Assembly (NCBI GenBank): GCA_963786105.1
Contig: CAWAXX010000016.1
Span: 1 to 64,000 of the forward strand
Origin: Vulcanimicrobiota bacterium
Lineage (GTDB): Bacteria > Vulcanimicrobiota > Vulcanimicrobiia > Vulcanimicrobiales > Vulcanimicrobiaceae
DNA length: 64,000 nt
Direction of reading: 5' to 3'
A program made the position numbers and the translations under genes. The notes under the pieces are model-generated. The model saw only the letters and a list, made by a program, of their open reading frames with translations. It was not told the DNA's origin and made no database searches. The first letter of the stretch is position 1, and each line of letters opens with the position of its first letter. Positions 34,056-42,835 of the stretch are shown piece by piece.

Positions 34056-37000
34056 CTACATGGCTTCGAGGAGCCGGCGAAGGAGGGGCATCCAGGCCCC
34101 TTCGGCCCGCTGCGAGTCGCCGGCCGGGGGCAGGTCGACCAAAATTCGCCCTTCGGCAAAGCGGAACCGGTTCTTGGTGAGGGATTGGAAGGCCGGAATT
34201 GCCGCCGGATCGAGGTCGAATCCCGACCCGACCCCCAACGTCAACCGGGCCTCGTCGACGATCACCCGGGTCACGTGTTTGGCCAGCGCGATGGTGCGCA
34301 GCTTCGTGAGTTCGATCAGGTGTTCCAGCGGCAGCGGGAAGGGACCGAAGCGATCGCGCACGCCGGCGGCGATCTCCTCGACTTCCGCTTCGGCGCGCGC
34401 TTTGGCAAGTTGTTGGTACACGGCAATTTTTTGTGAAACCTGCGGAATGTAGTCGTTCGGAATGAACGCGCTGATCTTCACGTCGATGACCGCTTCGCGC
34501 CGGTCCTCGAGGGTCGCCGTCATACCGCGCCGCTGCGCGATTGCTTCGGCGAGCATCTCACAATACGTGTCGAATCCGACCGACGCGATGAATCCCGACT
34601 GCGCCGCACCCAGCAGGTTGCCCGCTCCGCGAATCTCCAAATCGCGCATCGCGATTTGCAGACCCGAACCTAGATGCGTAAACTCGCGGATCGCTTCGAG
34701 GCGCGCCTTGGCTTCTTCCGTCAGCACCTTGTGACCCTGGTAGAGCAGATAACAGTACGCTTGATGGTTCGACCTTCCGACGCGCCCCCGTAACTGATAG
34801 AGTTGCGCGAGGCCGAACTTGTCGGCATCGTTTACCACCATGGTGTTGACGTTGGGAATGTCGATCCCGTTCTCGATAATCGTGGTCGCGACGAGCACGT
34901 CGAGTTCGCCCTCGATGAATGGTTGCATGACCGGTTCGATCTCGGTCTCGCTCATTCTCCCGTGGCCGACTCCAATGCGCGCGCGAGGAACCAGCTTTGC
35001 GAGCGCGTTCTTTACCGCGTAGATGGAATCAATCCGGTTGTGCAGGTAGTAGACTTGCCCTCCGCGATCCAGCTCCGCTGCGATTGCGTGCTGCACGACC
35101 GCGTCGTTCGCGGGCACCACGAGCGTCTTGATCGACATGCGGTTTCGGGGCGCGGTTTGGATGAGCGAGAGATCGCGCACGCCGAGCAACGACATGTGCA
35201 AGGTACGCGGGATCGGCGTCGCCGACAGCGTCAACACGTCCACGCTGGCGCGGTACTCCTTGAGGCGCTCCTTGTGCATCACGCCGAAACGCTGCTCCTC
35301 GTCGATGACGATCAAACCGAGGTCGGCGAAAGCGACGTCTTTCTGCAGCAGGCGATGCGTGCCGATGACGACGTCGACTTTGCCCTCGGCGAGCGCTTGC
35401 AAAATCTGCCTCTGTTCGGGCTTGCTCTTGAGTCGCGACAGCTCCTCAATGCGAAGGGGAAACCCCGCGAAGCGAGCGCTGAACGTCCGGTAGTGCTGAT
35501 CTGCCAGCAGCGTCGTCGGTACGAGCACCGCAACTTGTTTCTTGTCGGCGACGGCCTTGAAAGCGGAGCGCATCGCGACTTCGGTCTTCCCGTATCCGAC
35601 GTCGCCGCACACGAGCCGGTCCATCGGCCGCGGCGTCTCCATGTCGCGTTTGGTTTCGTCGATCGCTTTTTGCTGGTCCGGAGTCGTTTCGTACGGAAAT
35701 GCCTCCTCCATCTCGACCTGCCACGGCGTGTCCGGGCCGAATGCGAAACCTTGCGCGAGCTCGCGCTCGGCGTAGAGCTGCACGAGCCCGTCGGCGATTT
35801 TCGCCAGCGACTCCGAAACCCGCGCTTTGGTGCGCGCCCAGTCGGCGCCCCCCATTTTTGAAAGGCGCGGCGCCTGTCCCTCCGCCGCCGAGTACTTTGC
35901 GATCTGATGCATTTGTGTGACCGGCACCAGCATCCGATCGCTGCCGGCGTACTTGAGATCGAGATAATCTTGAGTCGCTCCGAGAATCGTTTCGGCGCGC
36001 AGTCCAAGGTATTGTCCGATTCCGTGCACGCCGTGAACCACGTGATCGCCGACGCGCAGGTCGGCGAGCGTAACCGGAACGCCTTCCTTCACCGCGCGCA
36101 TTCTGACGCGTTTGGGCGGTGCGCCGTAGATTTCGCGATCGCCCACTACGCGCAAACGCAAGCTCGGAATCGTAAAACCCGCCTCGATGCTTCCGTGATC
36201 GACGACGGCCGAGCCTGGCGCGAGCCGGTCGGCGACCGAAGCGTCGGCCGCCAGCAACAGATCGGTCGTCCGCGCCACCGCCGTGCTCACGACGACGGTC
36301 GTCTCGCCGGTGGATCCGGCTTCGCGCACGCTGCGCGAAAACAGGTCGATTTGACGGTTGAAGTGTTCGGCAGGCCGGCATTCCAAGACGAAGGCATCGA
36401 TCGCCGGCGGCACCCAACCGGACAGGTCCGGATTTTCGATGGCGCCCGGTATGATGAGGGTCGCGTGGCGTTTCATGGCGACGCCCAGCTCGTCGAGCGT
36501 TGGGTGCGGGGCGGCGATGTCGGCGAGCAGCGCTTCATCAACGTGCGCCTCGTCGACGGAAAGTTCGCCGGACTCGACGGCGGCGAGCAGCACGTGCTGT
36601 TCCCGGGTACGCTCTTGATCGAGCGCGCGGGCAACCGTCGAGATCATCGCCGGTTCGTCGAGCACCAATAGCGCGTCCGCGGGCACGTAATCAAAGATCG
36701 TCGCGCGTTCCTCGAAGGCCAGCGGCAGCCACGTCTCGGGAACGTCGCCTTGCGCGCTCAAGAAGGCGGTCAGCTCGCGGCGCGCACTCTCCGGCCCTTC
36801 GAAGCGTTCGAGAATGCGTCGGCGGAAGCGCTCGTCGCGCGGAATTTCTCCCCACGGCACGACGTCGATCGCGGCAACGCTCGCATCGCTGCGTTGCGTC
36901 TCGATGGTGAAGCGGCGAATGCTGTCGATCGCGTCGCCGAAAAACTCGACGCGCATCGGTGCGTCGGCGCTGGCCGGGAAGACGTCGAGAATGCCGCCGC

Positions 37001-37619
37001 GCACGGCGTATTCGCCGACCGCGCTAACGACGTCCGAACGGGTGTAACCGAGATGGTACAAGCGTTCTTGCGTGGACTCCCAACCGGCCTCGTCACCCGG
37101 GCGTAACGTAAAGCGCAGTTCTTCGAAGAGCGCACGCGGCATGAGATACTGGCGCACTGCGGCAACCGGGGCCAGCACGATGCGCGGCGCGCCGTCGGCA
37201 AGGTCGGCGAGCAACGTCATCCGGGCGCTGCGTTCCGACGGGCTTTCGATGGCGCCGACGGCTTCGTCTCGCGAACGCAGCAGCGCCGGGGTTCGCGGCT
37301 CTTCCTCGCCGAGATAGTAGAGCAGGTCGGCAAACGCGCGTTCGGCGGCGTCGGGCGTGGGCACGACGACCAGCAGCGTTCCGCCCATCGTTCGATGCAT
37401 GGCGGCAATGAGGGCCGGACGTGCGGCGGCAACGGTCTCGTGGAGGGCGTACGCGCCCGGTTTGGATCCGGGCAACGCGCGGATGGCTTGCAGCCGTTCG
37501 ATCGTGGTGGCGAGGGTGCGGCTTGCAGCAGCCAGATGACGTACCAATGCATCCTGTAGCCCCCGGCGCGGTGGTCGTGACGGCGCCGCGCCTTGAGCTG
37601 CTGACCGAACGATCGTCAT
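34056..37619 (-). CDS. mfd: Transcription-repair coupling factor
   Basis: GEYAVRGGILDVF, CarD-like VHGVHGIGQY, DRLVCGDVGYGKTEV, DEEQRFG, LSATPIPRT, QLRGRVGRS, RDLEIRGAGNLLG. ATG at 37619 overlaps the upstream stop. Confidence 0.97.
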   Translation of the reverse strand: MTIVRSAAQGAAPSRPPRRGLQDALVRHLAAASRTLATTIERLQAIRALPGSKPGAYALHETVAAARPALIAAMHRTMGGTLLVVVPTPDAAERAFADLLYYLGEEEPRTPALLRSRDEAVGAIESPSERSARMTLLADLADGAPRIVLAPVAAVRQYLMPRALFEELRFTLRPGDEAGWESTQERLYHLGYTRSDVVSAVGEYAVRGGILDVFPASADAPMRVEFFGDAIDSIRRFTIETQRSDASVAAIDVVPWGEIPRDERFRRRILERFEGPESARRELTAFLSAQGDVPETWLPLAFEERATIFDYVPADALLVLDEPAMISTVARALDQERTREQHVLLAAVESGELSVDEAHVDEALLADIAAPHPTLDELGVAMKRHATLIIPGAIENPDLSGWVPPAIDAFVLECRPAEHFNRQIDLFSRSVREAGSTGETTVVVSTAVARTTDLLLAADASVADRLAPGSAVVDHGSIEAGFTIPSLRLRVVGDREIYGAPPKRVRMRAVKEGVPVTLADLRVGDHVVHGVHGIGQYLGLRAETILGATQDYLDLKYAGSDRMLVPVTQMHQIAKYSAAEGQAPRLSKMGGADWARTKARVSESLAKIADGLVQLYAERELAQGFAFGPDTPWQVEMEEAFPYETTPDQQKAIDETKRDMETPRPMDRLVCGDVGYGKTEVAMRSAFKAVADKKQVAVLVPTTLLADQHYRTFSARFAGFPLRIEELSRLKSKPEQRQILQALAEGKVDVVIGTHRLLQKDVAFADLGLIVIDEEQRFGVMHKERLKEYRASVDVLTLSATPIPRTLHMSLLGVRDLSLIQTAPRNRMSIKTLVVPANDAVVQHAIAAELDRGGQVYYLHNRIDSIYAVKNALAKLVPRARIGVGHGRMSETEIEPVMQPFIEGELDVLVATTIIENGIDIPNVNTMVVNDADKFGLAQLYQLRGRVGRSNHQAYCYLLYQGHKVLTEEAKARLEAIREFTHLGSGLQIAMRDLEIRGAGNLLGAAQSGFIASVGFDTYCEMLAEAIAQRRGMTATLEDRREAVIDVKISAFIPNDYIPQVSQKIAVYQQLAKARAEAEVEEIAAGVRDRFGPFPLPLEHLIELTKLRTIALAKHVTRVIVDEARLTLGVGSGFDLDPAAIPAFQSLTKNRFRFAEGRILVDLPPAGDSQRAEGAWMPLLRRLLEAM

Positions 37620-38986
37620 GGTGAGCCGTTGATTATACCAGACGATTTTCGGCGACCGGCCAACAAGAGCAACGGCAGCGTCGCGGCGACGCCGAGCAGT
37701 GTTGAGGCGTACGGTCCGGGCACCCCGACGGCGTCGGGGACGTATCGCAGTATCGAAGCGAATCCGAGCGCGAGCAAGACGGTTGCTCCGCGAGTACCCG
37801 GCGCAACCGCGGCGATCGCCACCAACCAGACGGCGTACCACGGGTACGGATTGGGGACGAGCAGCCAACCCGCCGACGCGAGGTACGTCCAGCCCTCGGG
37901 TGCTCGCCGGCGCAGCATCGGGACCGCAGCAAGGGCGCAGCCGATCGACGCGGCCGCCGCAACGCTCCACGTCAAGACCGTTGCGACGTCACGGTCGGAA
38001 ACGACTGGCCGCACGAGCGAATAGACGATAGCCTGAAACGACGCCTCGGGAGCGTAACGCGCGTGCGGCGCGAGATGCGTCGTGACTCCGGCGAAGATCG
38101 GAACAGAGACGGCCAGCGTTACGAGGATGCCGGCGGCGGCGCCCGCCCAAGCGCGCCGGTTCGCGACTATCAATGGTAGCGCGGCGACGATCCCGGGTAA
38201 CTTGATCGCGCCCGAACAGGCGGCGACGAAAGCCCCCACTGACGCGAACCCGCGGCGAGCGCACCCAAAACCCGCCAAAGCGACGGCCAGCGCGATCGTA
38301 TCGTTGTGTCCTTCGGCCGCGCACCAAAGAATGACCGGGTTCAAGCCGATCGTCGCGGCGGCCATCAGACGCTCGGAACGCCGTCCGCGGTAAGCCGCGT
38401 ATGCCAGCAACGTGCAGAGAACGAGGCCGCATGACGAGAGCGCGCGCAGGCCGTCGAGAGCAAACACCGTTCCAAACCGCGCCGTCAGGCCGACGACTGC
38501 AGCGGCGATCCATACGAACGGCGGGCCGTACACGCAGATGGGCGGAGGGTTCCCCCACTGCGCGACGGCGGCGTCGAAGATCGGGTTCCCGCTCGGAAGC
38601 AAGGAGTGGGCGTACGGATCGACTCCCAGACGCGCGAGCTCGCCGTAGGCTGCGTACGCGTATACGTCGCTCGAGAACGATACCGGCAGCCACCATGCGC
38701 ACGCCAGCGACAGCGCCGCGATCGCGGCGATCGCAACCGGCGATTCCGCGGTCGCGGAGGACGTCATCCGGCGAACGCGCGCATACGCCGCGGTCGCGAG
38801 CGCGAGCCCGGCCACGAGGACGCACAACATGGCCGCCCCAAACGCATTCCAGTTCGTGACGACCGGGAGCGGTTGCGCCAGATCGCCGATAACGCGCGCA
38901 GGCGCGTGCGGCAACAGCAATCGCATCGCAATTCCCGCGGCGAGAAACGCTGCCGGAATCGCGAGTGTAAGACGCAGTCCTTTCAC
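37616..38986 (-). CDS. GT-C membrane glycosyltransferase, MptA/MptB (alpha-1,6-mannosyltransferase)-like
   Basis: Polytopic. FSSDVYAYAAYGE, CVYGP, LNP...EGHND, PWY, as in corynebacterial Mpt-type enzymes. Confidence 0.7.
   Translation of the reverse strand: MKGLRLTLAIPAAFLAAGIAMRLLLPHAPARVIGDLAQPLPVVTNWNAFGAAMLCVLVAGLALATAAYARVRRMTSSATAESPVAIAAIAALSLACAWWLPVSFSSDVYAYAAYGELARLGVDPYAHSLLPSGNPIFDAAVAQWGNPPPICVYGPPFVWIAAAVVGLTARFGTVFALDGLRALSSCGLVLCTLLAYAAYRGRRSERLMAAATIGLNPVILWCAAEGHNDTIALAVALAGFGCARRGFASVGAFVAACSGAIKLPGIVAALPLIVANRRAWAGAAAGILVTLAVSVPIFAGVTTHLAPHARYAPEASFQAIVYSLVRPVVSDRDVATVLTWSVAAAASIGCALAAVPMLRRRAPEGWTYLASAGWLLVPNPYPWYAVWLVAIAAVAPGTRGATVLLALGFASILRYVPDAVGVPGPYASTLLGVAATLPLLLLAGRRKSSGIINGSP
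37632..37640 (-). promoter_or_regulatory. Extended -10 promoter for mfd
   Basis: TGGTATAAT (TGn plus perfect TATAAT) 12 nt before the mfd ATG, inside the upstream gene's 3' end; unlikely by chance at this GC content. Confidence 0.6.
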
Positions 38987-39004
38987 GGGAGCCGCATCCT
39001 TCGG

Positions 39005-40333
39005 CTACGCGCCGGAGGCCGTATCGAGATCGAGATTGGCGCGGCGATGCGCCGGCGCAATCGCAGCGGCGGCGATTCCTATCAACAGCCACCACGGGCC
39101 GCCGACCTTTGGATAGAAGACCAGGTAATCGGCAACCTGATGCACCGTCAGCGCGACGCTGGCCGCAAACGCCGCCAAAACCCACGGCGAACCTCCGTCG
39201 AGTCGCCGCGCGAACGTGGAGAGAATTGCCGCGATCAACGCGACCGTGGCGCTAAACAGGACGACGCCTCCCTCGGCTAACGATTGAAGAAACCAGCTGT
39301 TCGCGTGGGTGCGCAGGCCAGGAGCGCCGTAGGCCGGGAGTTCCAACTCGTAATTCCCCGCACCGACGCCGAGCGACGGGCGATCGCGCCACATCCGCCA
39401 CGCCGCGCGCCACAACTCGCCACGATCGCCGACACCACCGGCGTAGGCGCTTTCTTCGAGCGATACGCGCAGCACGTTGGCGGTATGAGCGTAGATCGAC
39501 CACCAGCCAACCACCGCGAGACCGGCGGCCAACCCGTAATAGGCGGCGCGCAGCGAGCCAAGTGCGCGCCGACCGCCGACGATAACGAGCACGACTCCGA
39601 CCACGGCGAGGCCGAAGAGTCCGGCGCGCGAGAACGTGAGCACGTCGGCGCACGTCGCCAATCCGAGACCCGCGTCGATCCACGCCGAGCGCCGCGCAAT
39701 GGCCCATGCTCCGAGCGTCGCGATCGCGACTTGGAAGTATCCGGCCAGCTGATTCGGCCCCTCGAGAACGCCGGCAACGCGCGGCACGATCGCTTTGCCG
39801 ACGTACAAACCCGAGGGTGCGCCGGTGATCTCCTGCGCAAGCGCGCTTATCGCAACGACGATCGCCGCGACGGCAACGGCGCCGGCAATGGCCGAATCGT
39901 CCGGATCGAGCCGGTAGCACAGGTATCCCGCAATCAGGATTGCTGCGTATTCGACAAACTTCAGCGTTTCGCGCACCGTCGCGCCTGGATGAACCGCGTT
40001 TACTCCCGACAACGCGGTGGCCGCGATGTAGATTCCGAGCGCTCCGAGCAGCAGCGGCATCGGCCGCTCGCGCAACTGCCGCGTCCATCCGGGATAGGTC
40101 GCCAAACCGATCAGCACGCCGATCAGCACGGCCTTTGGTAACGTGACGCTGGTGCCTGCGAATTCCCGATACAGCGCAAAGGGCGTCACCACGATCAGAC
40201 CGCACAGTCCGTAGGCCGCCCGCCGCGACGTGAAGACCGCGGCCGCGACGAACGCGGCGACGAACAGCACAGCCGACCACGGGTCGAGTGGAATCGGAAT
40301 TGCAAACCGATCGACGACCGGATGGTAGATCAA
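39005..40333 (-). CDS. O-antigen ligase / Wzy_C-family membrane protein
   Basis: GVLEGPNQLAGY, LTFSRAG, RGELWRAAWRMWRDRPSLGVGAGNY, HANSWFLQSLAEGG. Confidence 0.85.
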   Translation of the reverse strand: MIYHPVVDRFAIPIPLDPWSAVLFVAAFVAAAVFTSRRAAYGLCGLIVVTPFALYREFAGTSVTLPKAVLIGVLIGLATYPGWTRQLRERPMPLLLGALGIYIAATALSGVNAVHPGATVRETLKFVEYAAILIAGYLCYRLDPDDSAIAGAVAVAAIVVAISALAQEITGAPSGLYVGKAIVPRVAGVLEGPNQLAGYFQVAIATLGAWAIARRSAWIDAGLGLATCADVLTFSRAGLFGLAVVGVVLVIVGGRRALGSLRAAYYGLAAGLAVVGWWSIYAHTANVLRVSLEESAYAGGVGDRGELWRAAWRMWRDRPSLGVGAGNYELELPAYGAPGLRTHANSWFLQSLAEGGVVLFSATVALIAAILSTFARRLDGGSPWVLAAFAASVALTVHQVADYLVFYPKVGGPWWLLIGIAAAAIAPAHRRANLDLDTASGA

Positions 40334-41292
40334 GAGCGCTCGATGTCGCTGATCAAATAAAGCGGTCGTCCCTTGACTTCATCGTAGATTCGGCCCAAAT
40401 ATTCGCCGAGGATCCCGAGACTGATCAGTTGCACGCCGCCCAGAAATACGACCGCAACGATCGTCGAAGCCCAGCCCGGCGTGTACGCCGGCGGATGAAC
40501 CCCGAAGAGCTTGTCGATCACGACGATCAGCGCGTAGACGAACGCGAGGGCGCTGACGGCAAACCCGAAGTACGAAGCAAAACGCAACGGAATGTCGGAG
40601 AACGACGTAATGCCGTCGATCGCAAAGCGAATCATCTTCGGCAGAGGATACTTCGTCTTGCCGCTCAGGCGAACGTCGCGGTCGTACTCGACTCCCACTT
40701 GACTGAAACCAACCCAACTGACCATCCCGCGAAGAAAGCGGTGACGTTCGGGCAAGCGCCGCAGCGATTCGACGACGCGCCGGCTCATCAGGCGAAAATC
40801 GCCGGTGTCGACCGGGATCGACACTTTGGTGAGCTTTTTGATGATGCGGTAGAAGAAGCCGGCCGTAATGAGTTTGAAAGCGCTCTCGCCTTTGCGCGAA
40901 CGCCGAACGGCGTACACGACGTCGAAACCCTCGCGCCACTTTTCGACGAACGCCTCGATCAGCTCCGGAGGATCCTGCAAGTCGCCGTCCATCAGTATGA
41001 CCGCACCGCCGCCGGCAAGCTCGATGCCCGCGGTGGCTGCCAACTGGTGGCCGAAGTTCCGCGAAAGATTCACGAACACAAGATGCGGCCGACGCTGCAG
41101 CTGCTCGCGGATGGCATAGGCGGTCGCGTCGGAGCTGCCGTCGTTAACCAGCACGATTTCGTACGACGGGCGGCCGGACAGGCGCTCGACGACCGCGACG
41201 ATGCGCTCGAGCAGGGGCGCCACGTTGGCTTGTTCGTTGTACATCGGCACGACGATGCTCAGCATCGGTTGCTCGCCGCGCGCGGTTGTCAT
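40330..41292 (-). CDS. GtrB/ArnC-like polyprenyl-phosphate glycosyltransferase (GT2)
   Basis: SIVVPMYNE, NDGSSD, LSRNFGHQ, DGDLQDPP, TGDFRLM, two C-terminal TMs, GEYLGRIYDEVKGRPLY. Confidence 0.92.
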   Translation of the reverse strand: MTTARGEQPMLSIVVPMYNEQANVAPLLERIVAVVERLSGRPSYEIVLVNDGSSDATAYAIREQLQRRPHLVFVNLSRNFGHQLAATAGIELAGGGAVILMDGDLQDPPELIEAFVEKWREGFDVVYAVRRSRKGESAFKLITAGFFYRIIKKLTKVSIPVDTGDFRLMSRRVVESLRRLPERHRFLRGMVSWVGFSQVGVEYDRDVRLSGKTKYPLPKMIRFAIDGITSFSDIPLRFASYFGFAVSALAFVYALIVVIDKLFGVHPPAYTPGWASTIVAVVFLGGVQLISLGILGEYLGRIYDEVKGRPLYLISDIERS

Positions 41293-41321
41293 GTCGGCCA
41301 GGCGTTTCGACGCAAACCCGC

Positions 41322-41358
41322 GTCATCCTGAGCGACCGCGCGCCACCCCGAGCGGAAC
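41322..41358 (+). repeat. Degenerate REP-like fragments
   Basis: GTCATCCTGAGCG (41322-34) and GCCACCCCGAGCGGAAC match the 5' end of the 63677 repeat unit. Confidence 0.5.
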
Positions 41359-41388
41359 CGTGGCGCCGGTCGAGAATCCTGGCGGGCT

Positions 41389-41979
41389 GTGCCCAGCCGC
41401 CGAATCGGATCGCTCGTAGCCTGCCTGCTCCTTGCCGCGGCCTGCAGTCAAACGAGGCCGTCGCAAAGCCCGCCGTCGTCGCCGCCACCGCAACCGGTGC
41501 CTTTGCCGAAAATAACGACGCCGGTCCGTCCGCGCCTTGCCCCGGCGACGCCTGCAGTGCCGCGTACCTCCGCGCCTGCGGAGACGGCGAACCCGGCGCC
41601 GACCGTAACGACGACGACTCCGGCGACCACGCCGGCGGCACGGGTTCCGGCGCCGGCGGCGACTCGGGCGGTGACGATTCCGCGGCTGCCGCCCGACGCT
41701 GCCCCGCGCATCGTCTCGATCGTCGTCGACAAAACCACGGTGGCGTCCGGCGACCGCGTTTCCGGCACGGTGCTCACCAGTTCGAACGTTGCGAGCGTCG
41801 AGGTCCGGGTCGCCGGCTATGGCATGGCGTTAGACAAGGTGGGCGTGGGGCGGTTCGCCCTGGAATACACGCTCGGCAACCTCCCGTTTTTCGTGCGCGG
41901 AACCTACGAGATGCGTATCATCGCGCGTAACGCCCGCGGAGATGCGGCGCAGCAAACGCTACCGATCACGGTGCGCTGA
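41389..41979 (+). CDS. Pro/Thr-rich lipoprotein with C-terminal Ig-like domain
   Basis: Lipobox AAAC, long P/T/A linker, beta-rich C-terminus (GTYEMRIIARNARG). Confidence 0.7.
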   Translation: MPSRRIGSLVACLLLAAACSQTRPSQSPPSSPPPQPVPLPKITTPVRPRLAPATPAVPRTSAPAETANPAPTVTTTTPATTPAARVPAPAATRAVTIPRLPPDAAPRIVSIVVDKTTVASGDRVSGTVLTSSNVASVEVRVAGYGMALDKVGVGRFALEYTLGNLPFFVRGTYEMRIIARNARGDAAQQTLPITVR

Positions 41980-41992
41980 TCTTGCGCCCCGC

Positions 41993-42835
41993 TCAGCGCG
42001 AAGCGTGGGGCGGAACTCTGGGCGTTGGGAATCCGGACGGAAGGTTCGGGAACGGAGCCGGATTGTACGGCGTCGGGAGGCCGTTCGGCTGCTGCCCGTT
42101 AGAGTAGCCCTGCGAATCCAGCCACGCGTAGACCGTGTCGCGGATGGTTCTCACGTCGGCGTCAGTGACCACGATTTGGCGCGGCGCTCGCTGCATCCCG
42201 TTCTGCGCGATTTCTTCCGACTGAAACGAACCGCGATCGTAGAGGTAGCGGAAGATCGTTCCCGAGTTTAGCCGCCGGGTGATCTGGTAGTGCAGCGTAT
42301 CCGTACGGTCCATCGGAATCGCCTGCGCGTTCCAGCCGCTCGCGTCGGTCGAGATGTAGACGCTGGCGGTAAACGGCGTATTGGGCGGTACTTGTACCGT
42401 AAACGTCACCAGCACGGGACGCCCGGAGAAATGTTGCGTCGGCACGATGGTTTGGCCTGGCGCCGGCGAGGGTGGCGAGAGGTCGGGATTCGGAATCGGC
42501 GACGAAAGCGCCACCGCAAAGCGCGCTACGTCGTCGAAGCTGCCCTCCTGCGGGAGCGGTTTGCGTGAAAGGTCCAGCTCGGTCACGGTGCCGTTCGGAT
42601 CGAAGTGCGCGCGCGCCCACACGCGCGGAGCGGGCACGATCGTCGTCGAGCCGCCGGTCGCGGCGTCGCGAATCAACACGCCGGGAGCAACGCGAAAGCC
42701 GTCGCCGGTGGTGAAGAACACAAAACCGTCCTGATACGCCAGCAACTGGCCGGTGACCACGATCGACGGAGTTGCGGCCACCAGAACGAGCGCGAGCAGT
42801 ACGGCTGCGACCGACAGCGTTCGTCGCAACGTCAT
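41993..42835 (-). CDS. Secreted protein with CBM20-like carbohydrate-binding domain
   Basis: Signal peptide. VTFTVQVPPNTP...VYIS...GW...FRYLYDRGS...TVYAWLD pattern of CBM20-like modules. ATGA-coupled to the upstream gene. Confidence 0.6.
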   Translation of the reverse strand: MTLRRTLSVAAVLLALVLVAATPSIVVTGQLLAYQDGFVFFTTGDGFRVAPGVLIRDAATGGSTTIVPAPRVWARAHFDPNGTVTELDLSRKPLPQEGSFDDVARFAVALSSPIPNPDLSPPSPAPGQTIVPTQHFSGRPVLVTFTVQVPPNTPFTASVYISTDASGWNAQAIPMDRTDTLHYQITRRLNSGTIFRYLYDRGSFQSEEIAQNGMQRAPRQIVVTDADVRTIRDTVYAWLDSQGYSNGQQPNGLPTPYNPAPFPNLPSGFPTPRVPPHASR

